From NCBI GenBank assembly GCA_950097015.1, contig CATNEN010000009.1, positions 372,001 to 436,000 of the forward strand: DNA of 64,000 nt. The letters run 5' to 3'. This document shows, piece after piece, positions 23,123-34,300 of this stretch; the first letter of the stretch is position 1; each line of letters starts with the position of its first letter. The position numbers and the translations under genes are program-made. The notes beneath the pieces are model-generated. The model ran no database searches. It was given only the letters and a program-made list of their open reading frames with translations, and was not told the DNA's origin. This DNA comes from Macrostomum hystrix (Eukaryota; Animalia; Platyhelminthes).

Positions 23123-26100
23123 ATGGCTGCAACCCACGCTGCTGGACATTTGGCCCCAAAAGACTATGTGCTATTGCCCGTGTTAATATTCGTGGCAATT
23201 TTTGCGCTATTTAACGCCGTCGCATTGTTTATCCTTTGGTTCAGCCACACAATCTTGTCGAGCAATCGAAGCACCGATTCCGACTTCACCGACTTTTATA
23301 CTGGCCTTGATGGCAAGCGGAAGAGTCACACCGCTAGCGATCAGCTTGACGTGCGTGGAAAGCAGCAGTTCTTGGACCAGGAACGCATCTCATTGAGAAA
23401 ACTCAGTGGCCTATATAGTGCTCGACGAAGTAGTGTAAGATTGGGAATCGACAGCAGCAGCGTCAGTGAAATTGTCTTACTCACTGATAGCGACGAGGAA
23501 TTCAGCATGATGATGCCTGAGCAGGTGCGAATTCCCAGTTTTCAATGTCGCAGCTCAGCAAATTGGAACTATTCGATTTCTGCTACTTAAGCACTCCCTT
23601 TTAATTGTCACCCTATTATCAGTACCGATATCCACTCGGTTTGAGTCTATTTTATCAGTACCGATACCCACTAGGTTTGAGTCTATTTTATCAGTACCGA
23701 TACCCACTAGGTTTGAGTCTATTTTATCAGTACCGATACCCACTAGGTTTGAGTCTATTTTATCAGTACCGATATCCACTAGGTTTGAGTCTATTTTATC
23801 AGTACCGATACCCACTAGGTTTGAGTCTATTTTATCAGTACCGATACCCACTAGGTTTGAGTCTATTTTATCAGTACCGATATCCACTCGGTTTGAGTCT
23901 ATTTTATCAGTACCGATATCCACTCGGTTTGAGTCTATTTTATCAGTACCGATATCCACTCGGTTTGAGTCTATTTTATCAGTACCGATACCCACTAGGT
24001 TTGAGTCTATTTTATCAGTACCGATACCCACTAGGTTTGAGTCTATTTTATCAGTACCGATATCCACTAGGTTTGAGTCTATTTTATCAGTACCGATATC
24101 CACTCGGTTTGAGTCTATTTTATCAGTACCGATACCCACTAGGTTTGAGTCTATTTTATCAGTACCGATACCCACTAGGTTTGAGTCTATTTTATCAGTA
24201 CCGATATCCACTCGGTTTGAGTCTATTTTATCAGTACCGATATCCACTCGGTTTGAGTCTATTTTATCAGTACCGATATCCACTCGGTTTGAGTCTATTT
24301 TATCAGTACCGATACCCACTAGGTTTGAGTCTATTTTATCAGTACCGATACCCACTAGGTTTGAGTCTATTTTATCAGTACCGATATCCACTCGGTTTGA
24401 GTCTATTTTATCAGTACCGATATCCACTCGGTTTGAGTCTATTTTATCAGTACCGATATCCACTAGGTTTGAGTCTATTTTATCAGTACCGATATCCACT
24501 AGGTTTGAGTCTATTTTATCAGTACCGATATCCACTAGGTTTGAGTCTATTTTATCAGTACCGATATCCACTAGGTTTGAGTTGTAAACTAGGTCAGAAG
24601 GCGAGACTTGCGCGAGAACCGAGAAATCACGAGGTGACTAAAGCCTCAAGTGAGCGACTTTATATTTGGCTATGTACACCAGAGAGTGTACATCGCATTG
24701 CACAATTTGCGAAGCCAACTTACGACGCGATGCGAGAATGAATCACCGCACACCTTACATCACTCCATCCCTAAATTGAGGACATTAAAAACAAAAAATA
24801 AACAAATATTTTAGGCAGCTTAAAATGATGCACTACAAGCTTTATAAGAACAAAAAAAATAGTTAGCAGCTCAAAATTGCGCGACAAAAAAATCTGGCTG
24901 CCTCCGAGTCCGATTCGAGCGTCTGGGCCCAGCAGGCGCCGGTTCGTCCAGCAGCTCCTGCCAGGTCTCACGCGGGTCAGCAGCCGGACTGGGCGGCCGG
25001 TCGCTCTCTGCAGCGGGTGGGTCGGCGGCGGGCTGCGGGACAGCGGGCTGCGGCCGCCTCGCCACGAACGCCTTCAGCCGGTCGTGGTGCACCACCGAGC
25101 TCCGCCTCCGCCCGGTGGGCTTGGAGATCCGGTAGGTGACTGGGCCCAGCTTCTCGAGCACGCGGTACGGCCCCAACCACCGCCGGCGGAGCGCCTTGGA
25201 CTGGCCCTTCTGCACCGCTGGGTTGTTGAGCATCACCAGCTGGCCGACTTGGAACGGAGTGAAGTGCTGGCGCTTGTCGTACTGCTGCTTCCGCGACCGC
25301 TGCGTCGACTGCAGGCGCTGCCGCACTAGCTGCAGGCCGGCGCGGGCGTCCGCCAGCGCGTTCGTGACGACCGGCCTCTCACCGGCGGCGGGCAGGCTGA
25401 GCTCGGCTGGGATCCGGGGGTCGCGGCCGTGAAGCACTGCGTACGGTGACCGCTTGGTGGTGCTGTGGACCGATGAGTTGTACGCCCAGATGACGTACGG
25501 CAGGAAAGCCGCCCACCTGTCCTGCTGCTCCATGCAGTAGGCCGCCAGCATGTCGCCCAGAGTCCGGTTGAATCGCTCGACCACCGGATTGCCGCTGGGG
25601 TGGAATGGTGTCGTCCTGGTCTTTCGAATGTCGAGCAGCCGGCACAGCTCCTGGAAGACGTCGCTTTCGAACTGGCGACCTTGATCGGAGTGGATGACCT
25701 CGGGCGACCCGTGGCGGAGGACGACGCTGCGCAGCATGGCTTCAGCGACCGTGCGAGTCTCGATGTTGGTCGCTGGGGCCGCTTCGACCCACTTGGAGAA
25801 CACGTCGGTGAAGCAGATGATGTACTTCTGACCGGCCTCTGTGGCCGGCAGCGGTCCTTTGATGTCCACCTGCACCATCTCCCAGGGAGTTGACGGCACG
25901 GTGTTGTCCTGCAGCGGCGCCCTTTGGTGCTGGTGCGGTACCTTGCGACGCTGGTACACCTCGCAGCTGCTCACCCAGTGCTGGACGTCGTCCTTCAGGC
26001 CGGGCCACCAGGCTCTGTTGACGACCCTCGCTAGCGTCCTGTCCAGTCCGAGGTGCCCGCTTGCCGGGTCGTCGTGCAGCTGCCTCAGAAGCTCCTGGCG

Positions 26101-29100
26101 AAGCTGCAGCGGAATGACGGGGAAGCCGCTTCTCCTGATGACGCCGTCCTCGCCAAGCTCCAGGTTCTCCGACCTCACCAGGCTCTCCGCGTCGTCTGCG
26201 GCCTTACCTCGCCGGGGCCTCCGTCCGATGAGCACCTGGCGAGCCGCCGCCAGCACCGGGTCATCGGCCTGCGCCGCGCTGATTTCCTCGTCCGACCAGG
26301 CGGGTGTCAGCCGGGTCGCCGCCGCCCGGCTCAGCGCGTCCGCCACCACGTTCTCGCGACCAGGCCTGAAGAGCAGCTTAAAGTTGATCTCCTGCAGGAG
26401 CGTGATCCACCTGGCCAGGCGACCTTCGGGTTCCTTGGTGTTCAGCAGCCCTTGCAGCGGCTTGTGGTCGGAGAAGACGAGAATTTCGCCGGCGGACGCC
26501 AAGTAGTTCCGGAAGTGCTTCATGGCCCACACGACAGCCAGAAGCTCTCTGTGGGTGGTCGAGTAATTGCGCTCTGCCTTATTCAGGACTCTCGACGCGT
26601 AGGCGACCGGGCATTCGACGCCTTCGTGGAGCTGGCTGAGGACTCCTGCGATGGCCACGCCGCTGCTGTCGCAGCACAGCCGGAATCCCTTGGAGAAATC
26701 CGGCAGTTTCAGCACTGGGGGTGCCGACAGCGCCGACTTCAGCTCGCGCAGGGCTGCCTCGCACTCTGCCGTCCACCGAAACTGCCGACTTTTCTGAGTC
26801 GCCTGGTGCAGCGGATTCGCAATGCTGGCGAAGTGCGGCACGAACCGCCGGTAGAAGCCCAGCATGCCGACGAGCCGGCGAACGTCCTCAGCGCACTCGG
26901 GCGTCGGGATGGACTGGATGGCGCTGACCTTGTCCTGGGTGGGCTGGATCCCATCGGCCGAAATCTTGTGCCCCAGGTACTCGACCTCCTGGAAGCAGAA
27001 GCAGCTCTTGCGCTTGTTCAGCTTGAGGCCCGCCGACTGCAGCCTTCCCAGGACTTCCTTCAGCGTCTGCGCGTGCTGCTCGAACGTCGTGCTGAACAGG
27101 ATCAGGTCGTCCATGTAGGTGAGCACCTCCGTCCAGTTCAGGCCCGCCATCGTCAAGTCCATCAGGCGCTGGAAGGTCGCCGGGGCGTTGCAGAGGCCGA
27201 AGCCGAGCTTCCTGTACTGCATCAGGCCTTGCGTGGTGTAGAAGGCGGTCTTCTCCCGGTCCTGCTCGCGCAGCTCGACCTGCAGGAACCCTTGGCGGAG
27301 ATCGAGGGTGCTGAACCAGCTGCTGCCAGTGAGCGCGTCCAGAGCGACAGACAGCGGCGGCAGCGGGTAGGCGTCCTTCACGGTGCACGAGTTGAGGGCC
27401 CTCCAGTCGGTGCAGATGCGGATTTCGTTGTTTTTCTTGCGCACCACCAGCAGATTGCTCGCCCATGGACTGCATGACGGCTCGATGATCCCGTAACGCA
27501 GCATCTCGCTGATCTTGTCGTCCACCTGCTGTCTGAAGTTCAGTGGCACTGTCCGCTGCCTGTGCTTGATGGGGTGGCTGCCGGGTTCCAGGTTGATCTC
27601 GTGCTGCAGTAGGTGCGTGGTCCCCAGGTCGAACTCGTGACTGGCGAATGCCAGCTCATGCTGGTTCAGCAGGGCTTCGATGACCTCGCGCTGCGACCGG
27701 CTCAGCTCCGGGTTGATGTTGAAGCCGGCCTCCTCCGCAGCTTCACCGTCGGGCCCGTGAGGCTCGGCAGCGTCGAAGTTGCCGATGGCCTGATTCTGGT
27801 AGAGCACCACCGGGTCGGCGCTCAGGTTGCAGACTCCCACCGGCAGGTTGCCGTCCGCGCTGGAGACCACCAGAGCCCGGTTCGGCAGCAGGCCGGTCTT
27901 GTCGACGAAGTCAGAGCTGGGCTCGAACAGACCCTGCTCAACGTACGATGCCACCTTGACCGGGATGATGACGCGGCTGCGGGCTGGTATGGACACGGTG
28001 CTGGCGACTCTGGCGATCACGGCGGTGGGCACCACCCGGCAGGCTGGCATGGAGTTCCTGTCTGGCAGGACTGGGATCCTGGTTGACCCCAGCAGGACAG
28101 AAGACGACATGAGATCCACGCTGAAGGTTGAGCACATCTTGCTGATGACGTCCATGCCGAGCACGCATTCCGGCTGAATGTCGGCGACCACCGTCACCGG
28201 GTGCTCCATGGGCGGCAGTCCGCCCAGCTGAATGGCCAGCGTTGCGCATGCCGGAGACTCCAAGCGTCGACCATCGATCCCGACCGGAGTGCTGAGAGGC
28301 GGATGAAGCTGAGCTGCGACTCCCAGAGCTCGAAATTGGGCAGCTGATACGAGCGTCACCTGCGCGCCCGTGTCGAACAGCCACCTGCAGGGCCGGCCTG
28401 CGATGCTGCCGGGCAGGAAGAGCGAAGCGGTTTGGGCCTTGCTAGGCAGGGCTGGTGATGGCCCACGGTCACCAGTCCTCAGAAGTTTCCCGAAGCCGGG
28501 GTCGGGCAGACCTCGGCCCGGTGCCCTTTGCCTGAGCAGCGGCTGCACACGGGCGGCACGGCTGGCGCGGCCTGCCTGGGGCACTGGGCCGCGAGATGGC
28601 CGGGCTGAGCACAGTTGAAGCATTTCCCGCGACCGCTGCCTCTCCCCCGAGCTCCTCTTCCTGTGCTGTGCTGTGCTGGGCTTTGGGAGGGCCCGTTTGA
28701 TGGCCTGCATTTCGTAGGACTTGCGTCCTCCGGGGGGCACCTCGTGGAGGCGCTGGCCATTGCCCCCCTCCACGCTGGCGCTGGCCATTGCACGAGCTCG
28801 CTGCCCTGGCACGCCGCCTGCACCTCGGGCCACCTGCCGCCTCCTCCGCCGACTGACCTCTCGCGGCGGCACGAGCGGCTGATCTGCCAGCTGCGCGCCG
28901 ACCGCTGCCATGCCCTCCGGGGCTTCCAGGCCGCGATTGGCGCCTCGGTGGCCCCCACCTGCCGACTCTGTGGCGAGGGCGACGAGACGGCGGCCCACGT
29001 GCTCCTCGCCTGCCCCGCCCTGACCGCCCACCGCTGCCGCCTCTGGGGCCCCTGCCCGGAGCCCGCTGCGGTCTTTGATTGCTGTGCTTCCGTGCTGGCC

Positions 29101-30987
29101 CTGCTTGGGAAGGCGGGCATCATCTGATGCCCGGTGCCATGGGCCCTGGCCCGCGCACGCCCGAAGAAGAAGAAGAAGAAGAAGCTCCTCTTCCTCGCGC
29201 ACCGCGCTGTCCGCGGCTGCTGATGGTGGCGACCGTCGCAGCCAGGTCCGCCAGCTGCTCCTGCATCTGCTCCAGCCGGTCCGCCACTTGGCTGCTCACC
29301 GATGTTACCGCGATGCTTGCAGAGGCGCCTCTGCCGCCGATGCTCTCAAGAGCCGTGGCGCGGTCCGCCAGCTGCTCCGGGCTGCTGCTGCTGCAGTCAG
29401 CGTCTTTCAGCAACGCTTCGCGAATCTCCTTCGACAGCAGAGCCAGCAGTCGGTGTCGCACTTCGCAGTCTCTCACCGTCTGATCGTGGTCAGGGCGTGC
29501 CTTCCGGTACAGGAGCTTGAGTGCGTGGCACAGCTCCCTCAGCGACTCTCCTTGGCGTCGCTTCCGGCTCTCGAACTCCGACATGGCGCAGAACGAGTTC
29601 TCCTTGCCACGGTAGAACTTGACCAGCTCGTCCTTGATGGTCGCGAAGCTCTTCTTCTTCTCCTCCGGCAGGTCCCACACGAAGACGAGCGCCTCGCCAG
29701 ATAAGAGCAGCCGGATTTTCGATGCCATCTTTTTGTTGTCCCACTCGGAATCCGTGGCGAAGTCCTCAAACATTTGCAGCCACATGTTGATGTCGGCATC
29801 GTCTGAGCCGGAGAACTTGGGTGGCAAAAGTGCATTGGCGTGCGCCATGAGTGAGTGGGCCGACTTGAGATAGAGACCGCTGCCACCAATGTAAACTAGG
29901 TCAGAAGGCGAGACTTGCGCGAGAACCGAGAAAACACGAGGTGACTAAAGCCTTAAGTGAGCGACTTTATATTTGGCTATGTACACCAGAGAGTGTACAT
30001 CGCATTGCACAATTTGCGAAGCCAACTTACGACGCGATGCGAGAATGAATCACCGCACACCTTACAGAGTCTATTTTATCAGTACCGATACCCACTAGGT
30101 TTGAGTCTATTTTATAAGTACCGATATCCACTCGGTTTGAGTCTATTTTATCAGTACCGATATCCACTCGGTTTGAGTCTATTTTATCAGTACCGATATC
30201 CACTAGGTTTGAGTCTATTTTATCAGTACCGATACCCACTAGGTTTGAGTCCCACCTTCGCCAAAAGACAACTGAATCCCATGCAAGCTCAGAAGCAACT
30301 TTCGCTGTACGGTAAAACCCCGAGCACTTCATGTTCAGAGTAAAATACCCCAGCACAACCTTTGCTTACCATCAACCCTGAGCACTTGGTATGCAGAACG
30401 CAATAATCCCAACACAACCTTTGCTTACCATCAACCCTGAGCACTTGGTATGCAGAACGCAATAATCCCAACACAACCTTTGCTTACCATCAACCCTGAG
30501 CACTTGGTATGCAGAACGCAATAATCCTAGCACAACCTTGGCTTACCATCAACCCTGAGCACTTGGTATGCAGAACGCAATAATCCTAGCACAACCTTGG
30601 CTTCTCCTGCAGGCTCTGAGCGGCACAGCCGAGTCGCGCTTTGGGTACCGCAAAACCACTTTGTCCACGGAGGCGCAAACACAGCCGCTGCTGGGCATAA
30701 GTTCGCTGAAGGCGCTTCAGACGCTCGAAGAGAATGAGACGGCCGAGTTCTGCAACTTGCTGACCAGCCTGAAGACAAGCAAACCAGCGGAGCCGAATTT
30801 CGACACCGACCCAGCTGCAGCCGACGAACTGCTGGAGACGGCGCCCAAAGCTTTCTATGAGTGCCTTCGCTACCACAGTCTCGTGCCGATCCGGCGTTTC
30901 GATCGCGACTTTCTGCACTCTGAATTCAGCCGTCCCGCCGGCTCCGTCATGCTGAGCCGTGCCGTGTCCAAATTTCGCTCCAGCTGA
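23123..30987 (+). CDS. Orphan predicted single-pass membrane protein (~258 aa), two-exon model 23123-23524 + 30613-30987
   Basis: Exon 1 has a hydrophobic helix (YVLLPVLIFVAIFALFNAVALFILWF) and an acidic patch (LTDSDEEF), and ends at CAG|GTGCGA in phase 0. Exon 2 follows CTTCTCCTGCAG| in phase 0, is GC3-rich and is open for 124 codons. The join across 7 kb is inferred; an unspliced 155-aa ORF (23123-23590) is the alternative. Confidence 0.55.
23612..24582. repeat. 36-bp minisatellite GAGTCTATTTTATCAGTACCGATA(C/T)CCACT(A/C)GGTTT, left part (~27 copies)
   Basis: Tandem array cut by the Gypsy insertion at GAGT; resumes at 30067. Confidence 0.96.
24583..24759 (-). repeat. 3' LTR of Gypsy element (177 bp)
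   Basis: TGTAAACT...CCTTACA; matches 29890-30066 except at 2 positions. Confidence 0.97.
24871..28491 (-). CDS. pol: Gypsy Pol (protease, RT, RNase H, integrase with GPY/F module), reached by -1 frameshift
   Basis: Uninterrupted ORF with FDTGAQ (PR), YMDD (RT), CDSSG / SDHKPL / NVVADALSR (RH), H..GH..C zinc finger, VDIKG / HSDQG / VERFNRTL (DDE) and WLGPYRV. Confidence 0.96.
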   Translation of the reverse strand, partial: GKLLRTGDRGPSPALPSKAQTASLFLPGSIAGRPCRWLFDTGAQVTLVSAAQFRALGVAAQLHPPLSTPVGIDGRRLESPACATLAIQLGGLPPMEHPVTVVADIQPECVLGMDVISKMCSTFSVDLMSSSVLLGSTRIPVLPDRNSMPACRVVPTAVIARVASTVSIPARSRVIIPVKVASYVEQGLFEPSSDFVDKTGLLPNRALVVSSADGNLPVGVCNLSADPVVLYQNQAIGNFDAAEPHGPDGEAAEEAGFNINPELSRSQREVIEALLNQHELAFASHEFDLGTTHLLQHEINLEPGSHPIKHRQRTVPLNFRQQVDDKISEMLRYGIIEPSCSPWASNLLVVRKKNNEIRICTDWRALNSCTVKDAYPLPPLSVALDALTGSSWFSTLDLRQGFLQVELREQDREKTAFYTTQGLMQYRKLGFGLCNAPATFQRLMDLTMAGLNWTEVLTYMDDLILFSTTFEQHAQTLKEVLGRLQSAGLKLNKRKSCFCFQEVEYLGHKISADGIQPTQDKVSAIQSIPTPECAEDVRRLVGMLGFYRRFVPHFASIANPLHQATQKSRQFRWTAECEAALRELKSALSAPPVLKLPDFSKGFRLCCDSSGVAIAGVLSQLHEGVECPVAYASRVLNKAERNYSTTHRELLAVVWAMKHFRNYLASAGEILVFSDHKPLQGLLNTKEPEGRLARWITLLQEINFKLLFRPGRENVVADALSRAAATRLTPAWSDEEISAAQADDPVLAAARQVLIGRRPRRGKAADDAESLVRSENLELGEDGVIRRSGFPVIPLQLRQELLRQLHDDPASGHLGLDRTLARVVNRAWWPGLKDDVQHWVSSCEVYQRRKVPHQHQRAPLQDNTVPSTPWEMVQVDIKGPLPATEAGQKYIICFTDVFSKWVEAAPATNIETRTVAEAMLRSVVLRHGSPEVIHSDQGRQFESDVFQELCRLLDIRKTRTTPFHPSGNPVVERFNRTLGDMLAAYCMEQQDRWAAFLPYVIWAYNSSVHSTTKRSPYAVLHGRDPRIPAELSLPAAGERPVVTNALADARAGLQLVRQRLQSTQRSRKQQYDKRQHFTPFQVGQLVMLNNPAVQKGQSKALRRRWLGPYRVLEKLGPVTYRISKPTGRRRSSVVHHDRLKAFVARRPQPAVPQPAADPPAAESDRPPSPAADPRETWQELLDEPAPAGPRRSNRTRRQPDFFVAQF
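28479..29848 (-). pseudogene. gag: Gypsy gag, interrupted by LINE insertion
   Basis: MAHANALLPPKFSGSD...RGARGRGA continues in frame into RGRGSGRGK-CFNCAQPGHLAAQC...CSRCSGKGHRAEVC...GNF* once 28663-29195 (insertion plus one TSD copy) is removed. Confidence 0.92.
28663..29183 (+). mobile_element. 5'-truncated LINE 3' fragment (521 bp) nested in gag
   Basis: Encodes a LINE ORF2 C-terminus (LSRRHERLICQLR...CRLCGEGDETAAHVLLACP, stop at 29127), a short 3' UTR and a (GAA)7 tail at 29163-29183. Flanked by the 12-bp TSD GCTCCTCTTCCT (28651-62, 29184-95). Confidence 0.93.
29890..30066 (-). repeat. 5' LTR of Gypsy element (177 bp)
   Basis: Followed on the minus strand by the PBS and the gag ATG. Confidence 0.97.
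30067..30250. repeat. 36-bp minisatellite, right part (~5 copies)
   Basis: Same unit as 23612-24582, resuming in register after the TSD. Confidence 0.95.
30350..30600. repeat. 59-bp minisatellite (~4.5 copies)
   Basis: Unit TTTGCTTACCATCAACCCTGAGCACTTGGTATGCAGAACGCAATAATCCCAACACAACC; ends at the acceptor 30611-12. Confidence 0.92.
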
Positions 30988-31377
30988 TCTTATCGAACCA
31001 GCTTTTCAGACAGCCGCTGCATCCACTAAACTCCGCGCCATTTGAACCGGTCCCATAGCTATCGGCCCCAATAGCTATCAGGTTTCCTAACACTGGTTTT
31101 TTTGCTCTGCATTCTCAGATCGCTTTGCGGACTGTTCGTTTAGCTGTTCAAAGTTTCTTCAACAGGCTCCAATACTTTTGATCTTGCTTATTTCACACTC
31201 TAGCAACACATGCACCAAAGATTAGTCTATAATTATCTGCTATCAGAATGGAAATGAATAGCTGAATTCACAGCTCGATCAAAGCAGCACTTTGTCTATT
31301 CGACATGCTTATTGGAATTCTCGAGTATATTTACAGACTTAATACAAAGTAAAGGCAGGATATTTAAGGTAGAGCAG

Positions 31378-34300
31378 TCAGTTCCTGTCTATGTCCAGAT
31401 AATGGGAATCTGAAATGAGTTGGAAAGCCCGTGTGTTCGCTGTGCATTGTGAGTTGGGCAATCCTTTCAGCTCAAGATAAAAATAACAATGGACTTACTG
31501 AAATTGCAATCCAGCCGACTTGAAGCCAACCAAAAGGACAAAATTCGCAAAGTCCAAGCGGCAAATTCCCTATGATAAATGATCGAAATGAAATTGACTG
31601 TCAATGAGGACATTTCTTGCACTCTTACTAACAGTAGTTGATATTGAGCATGAGCAATGAAGCGCACCTTGTACAAGCAGGAGAGAGATTCTCCTAGTGA
31701 GAAGCAGGCGGCGGTGCGGCGCCACGAAGGGGCCGCTTCCGTTGCAACTTCCGAAGTTGCGAGCAGAAACACCGGCCCAGTCTGCAAGATTCAGGGCGGT
31801 AGGACTGTGAGTTAATGAGTAATTCTGTGAAAAAGTGATTCGGTCCACTTAAACTAAATGGATTTGACTTCAGTTGAGACTAGGTTCTCAGCATCTGAGT
31901 TCTCCACTCTCTCCCACTGTAAGAATTTTTGTTTGAGAAACTTTTTTGCAGATAATATTCTCATCTACACTGAGAATAGACTCATCTACATTGAGAAAAG
32001 ACTCATCTAGATTGAGAATAAACATATCTAGATTGAGAATAGACTCATCAACACTGAGAATATACTAATCAACATTGAGAATAGACTCATCCACACTGAG
32101 ACTAGACTCATCCACACTGAGAATATACTCATCTACACTGAGAATAGACTCGTCTACATTGAGAAAATACTCATCTATATTGAGAATAGACTCATCTACA
32201 CTGAGAATAGACTCATCGACATTGAGAATAGACTCATCTACATTGAGAAAATACTCATCTACATTGAGAATAGACTCATCTACACTGAGAATAGACTCAT
32301 CTACATTGAGAATAGCCTCATCTACATTGAGAAAATACTCATCTACATTGAGAATAGACTCATCTACACTGAGAATAGACTCATCTACACTGAGAATAGA
32401 CTCATCTACATTGAGAAAATACTCATCTAGATTGAGAATAAACATATCTAGATTGAGAATAGACTCATCAACACTGAGAATATACTAATCAACATTGAGA
32501 ATAGACTCATCCACACTGAGAATATACTCATCTTCACTGAGAATCGCATCGGCTCATACGATAATCGCCAATAAACTAACAAGAATCGACTCAGCACTAA
32601 CGAGAAACTCACTTCGTCTCCGTCACTCAGAGCACTCTTCTCAATGGCATCTTCCACAAACTTCAGTGCATGCCCGCAGCCGCGGCTAAAGTGCGGCTCG
32701 AGCGGTTGTGACCGGGAGATCAGCAGCTGCAGATGAGCGTCATACCGCCAGTGAGCAGACCTGAGTAGGAGGCTTGGCATATTGCGTTTCCTTTTCGAGT
32801 GCACTCTGCAGATCTCTCGAAACCAACTCATCAAACAGAACCTGTCTAGAGTGCACTCTGCAGATCTCTCGAAACCAACTCATCAAACAGAACCTGTCTA
32901 GAGTGCACTCTACAGATCTCTCGAAACCGACTCATCAAACAGAACCTGTCTAGAGTGCACTCTGCAGATCTCTCGAAACCGACTCATCAAACAGAACCTG
33001 TCTAGAGTGCACTCTGCAGATCTCTCGAAACCGACTCATCAAACAGAACCTGTCTAGAGTGCACTCTGCAGATCTCTCGAAACCAACTCATCAAACAGAA
33101 CCTGTCTAGAGTGCCCTCTGCAGATCTCTCGAAACCAACTCATCAAACAGAACCTTTCTAGAGTGCACTCTGCAGATCTCTCGAAACCAACTCATCAAAC
33201 AGAACCTGTCTAGAGTGCACTCTGCAGATCTCTCGAAACCAACTCATCAAACAGAACCTGTCTAGAGTGCACTCATGCAGATGTCTCAAAACTCACTCAT
33301 CAAACGGGACCTGCTCGCCGAGAGGGAGTCGTCTTCCCTTCCATGAATCTGGGAGTTTCCTCCTGCCGCGTGCTCCAGCATCGGCGGCTATCGCCCAGGA
33401 GTCTCTCAGGTGGGCGGCCAGTGACAGTTGAGATTCTTCGTTTGGCACTTCAGGCTGGACAGCCCGACTTAGCGCTGGCCGCAGACAATAGTGACTGGCG
33501 CCCATAACTTTTGTCAGCCAGAGCGATAGGTCAACCGGTTGCTGTCGGTTGATAGCGGAGGCCATGAGGACAAGTTCATCATTCTGATGTCCGGTTGACA
33601 ACTCAGCCACAAGTTACTCAGTACTGTTTTCTTCACACCTGTTCTTTTGTACCTATAAGCAGTTTCTCAGCTCCAACGCGTTAGACGCGTTAGACCGCCC
33701 AAGATGTTCTTCGATGCGCACATTTTTTCTGTGACTCATTTTTTTTCTCCCTCCGGAAGCACAAACTCTTCAGTGCAGCACATATCTACAGTACAGTACA
33801 GCTCTACAGCTCTAACTGCTCCTTGGTAGCAAACCCTGTGAACCAAACCTATTCCTTTCATTATCACGCCTGCTCATTCTCGATGTACCGAACCACTCTA
33901 AAGATCCAGTTCTTTAACATACAGTGTGACTCGCCATACTCAACTGCTTCTGGCCAATGCTGGTTGAGCTCAGCGTCCCAAACAGAGCGGCGCATTGCCA
34001 GCGCCTTCAGCGGAACTTGCTGCACTCGGTAGAGAAGCCGTGGATCGCGCGACATGTGCGGCAGGGACTGCGATTTGTGGGTGATGAAACATGTGGCTAT
34101 CTTAATTTCCACCGTTCTCGTGTTTCACGACTACCTGGCTTAGGTTTCAGACTTACCTTTTCGTTCCAAGCACTGACACAAAAGAGGTTCGGGTCCCGGT
34201 CCATCAGCCGCAGGCTCCAGTTGAAGAAACGAATGACGTCGCGGCTCAAAATGATGTCGTCTTCTAATAGAATGACAAATTTAGCTTCCTGAAATTGAAT

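Larger units (their letters stand above)
24583..30066 (-). mobile_element. Full-length Ty3/Gypsy LTR retrotransposon (Mag-like: two CCHC knuckles, tRNA-Leu PBS)
   Basis: LTRs 24583-24759 and 29890-30066 (177 bp, TG...CA, 2 mismatches); 4-bp TSD GAGT (24579-82 / 30067-70); PBS TGGTGGCAGCGGT at 29888-29876; PPT AGGGATGGAGTGA next to the 3' LTR; gag-PR-RT-RH-IN order. Confidence 0.98.

Noticed and set aside
26053-27477. 474-aa plus-strand ORF and other ORFs antisense to pol
   Set aside because: Shadow ORFs of a GC3-rich coding strand, with no independent motifs.
28492-29202. N-terminal 240 aa of the 1443-aa ORF as an unusual Pol extension
   Set aside because: Chance read-through of the antisense LINE insert and the gag -1 frame; true Pol starts at the frameshift site.
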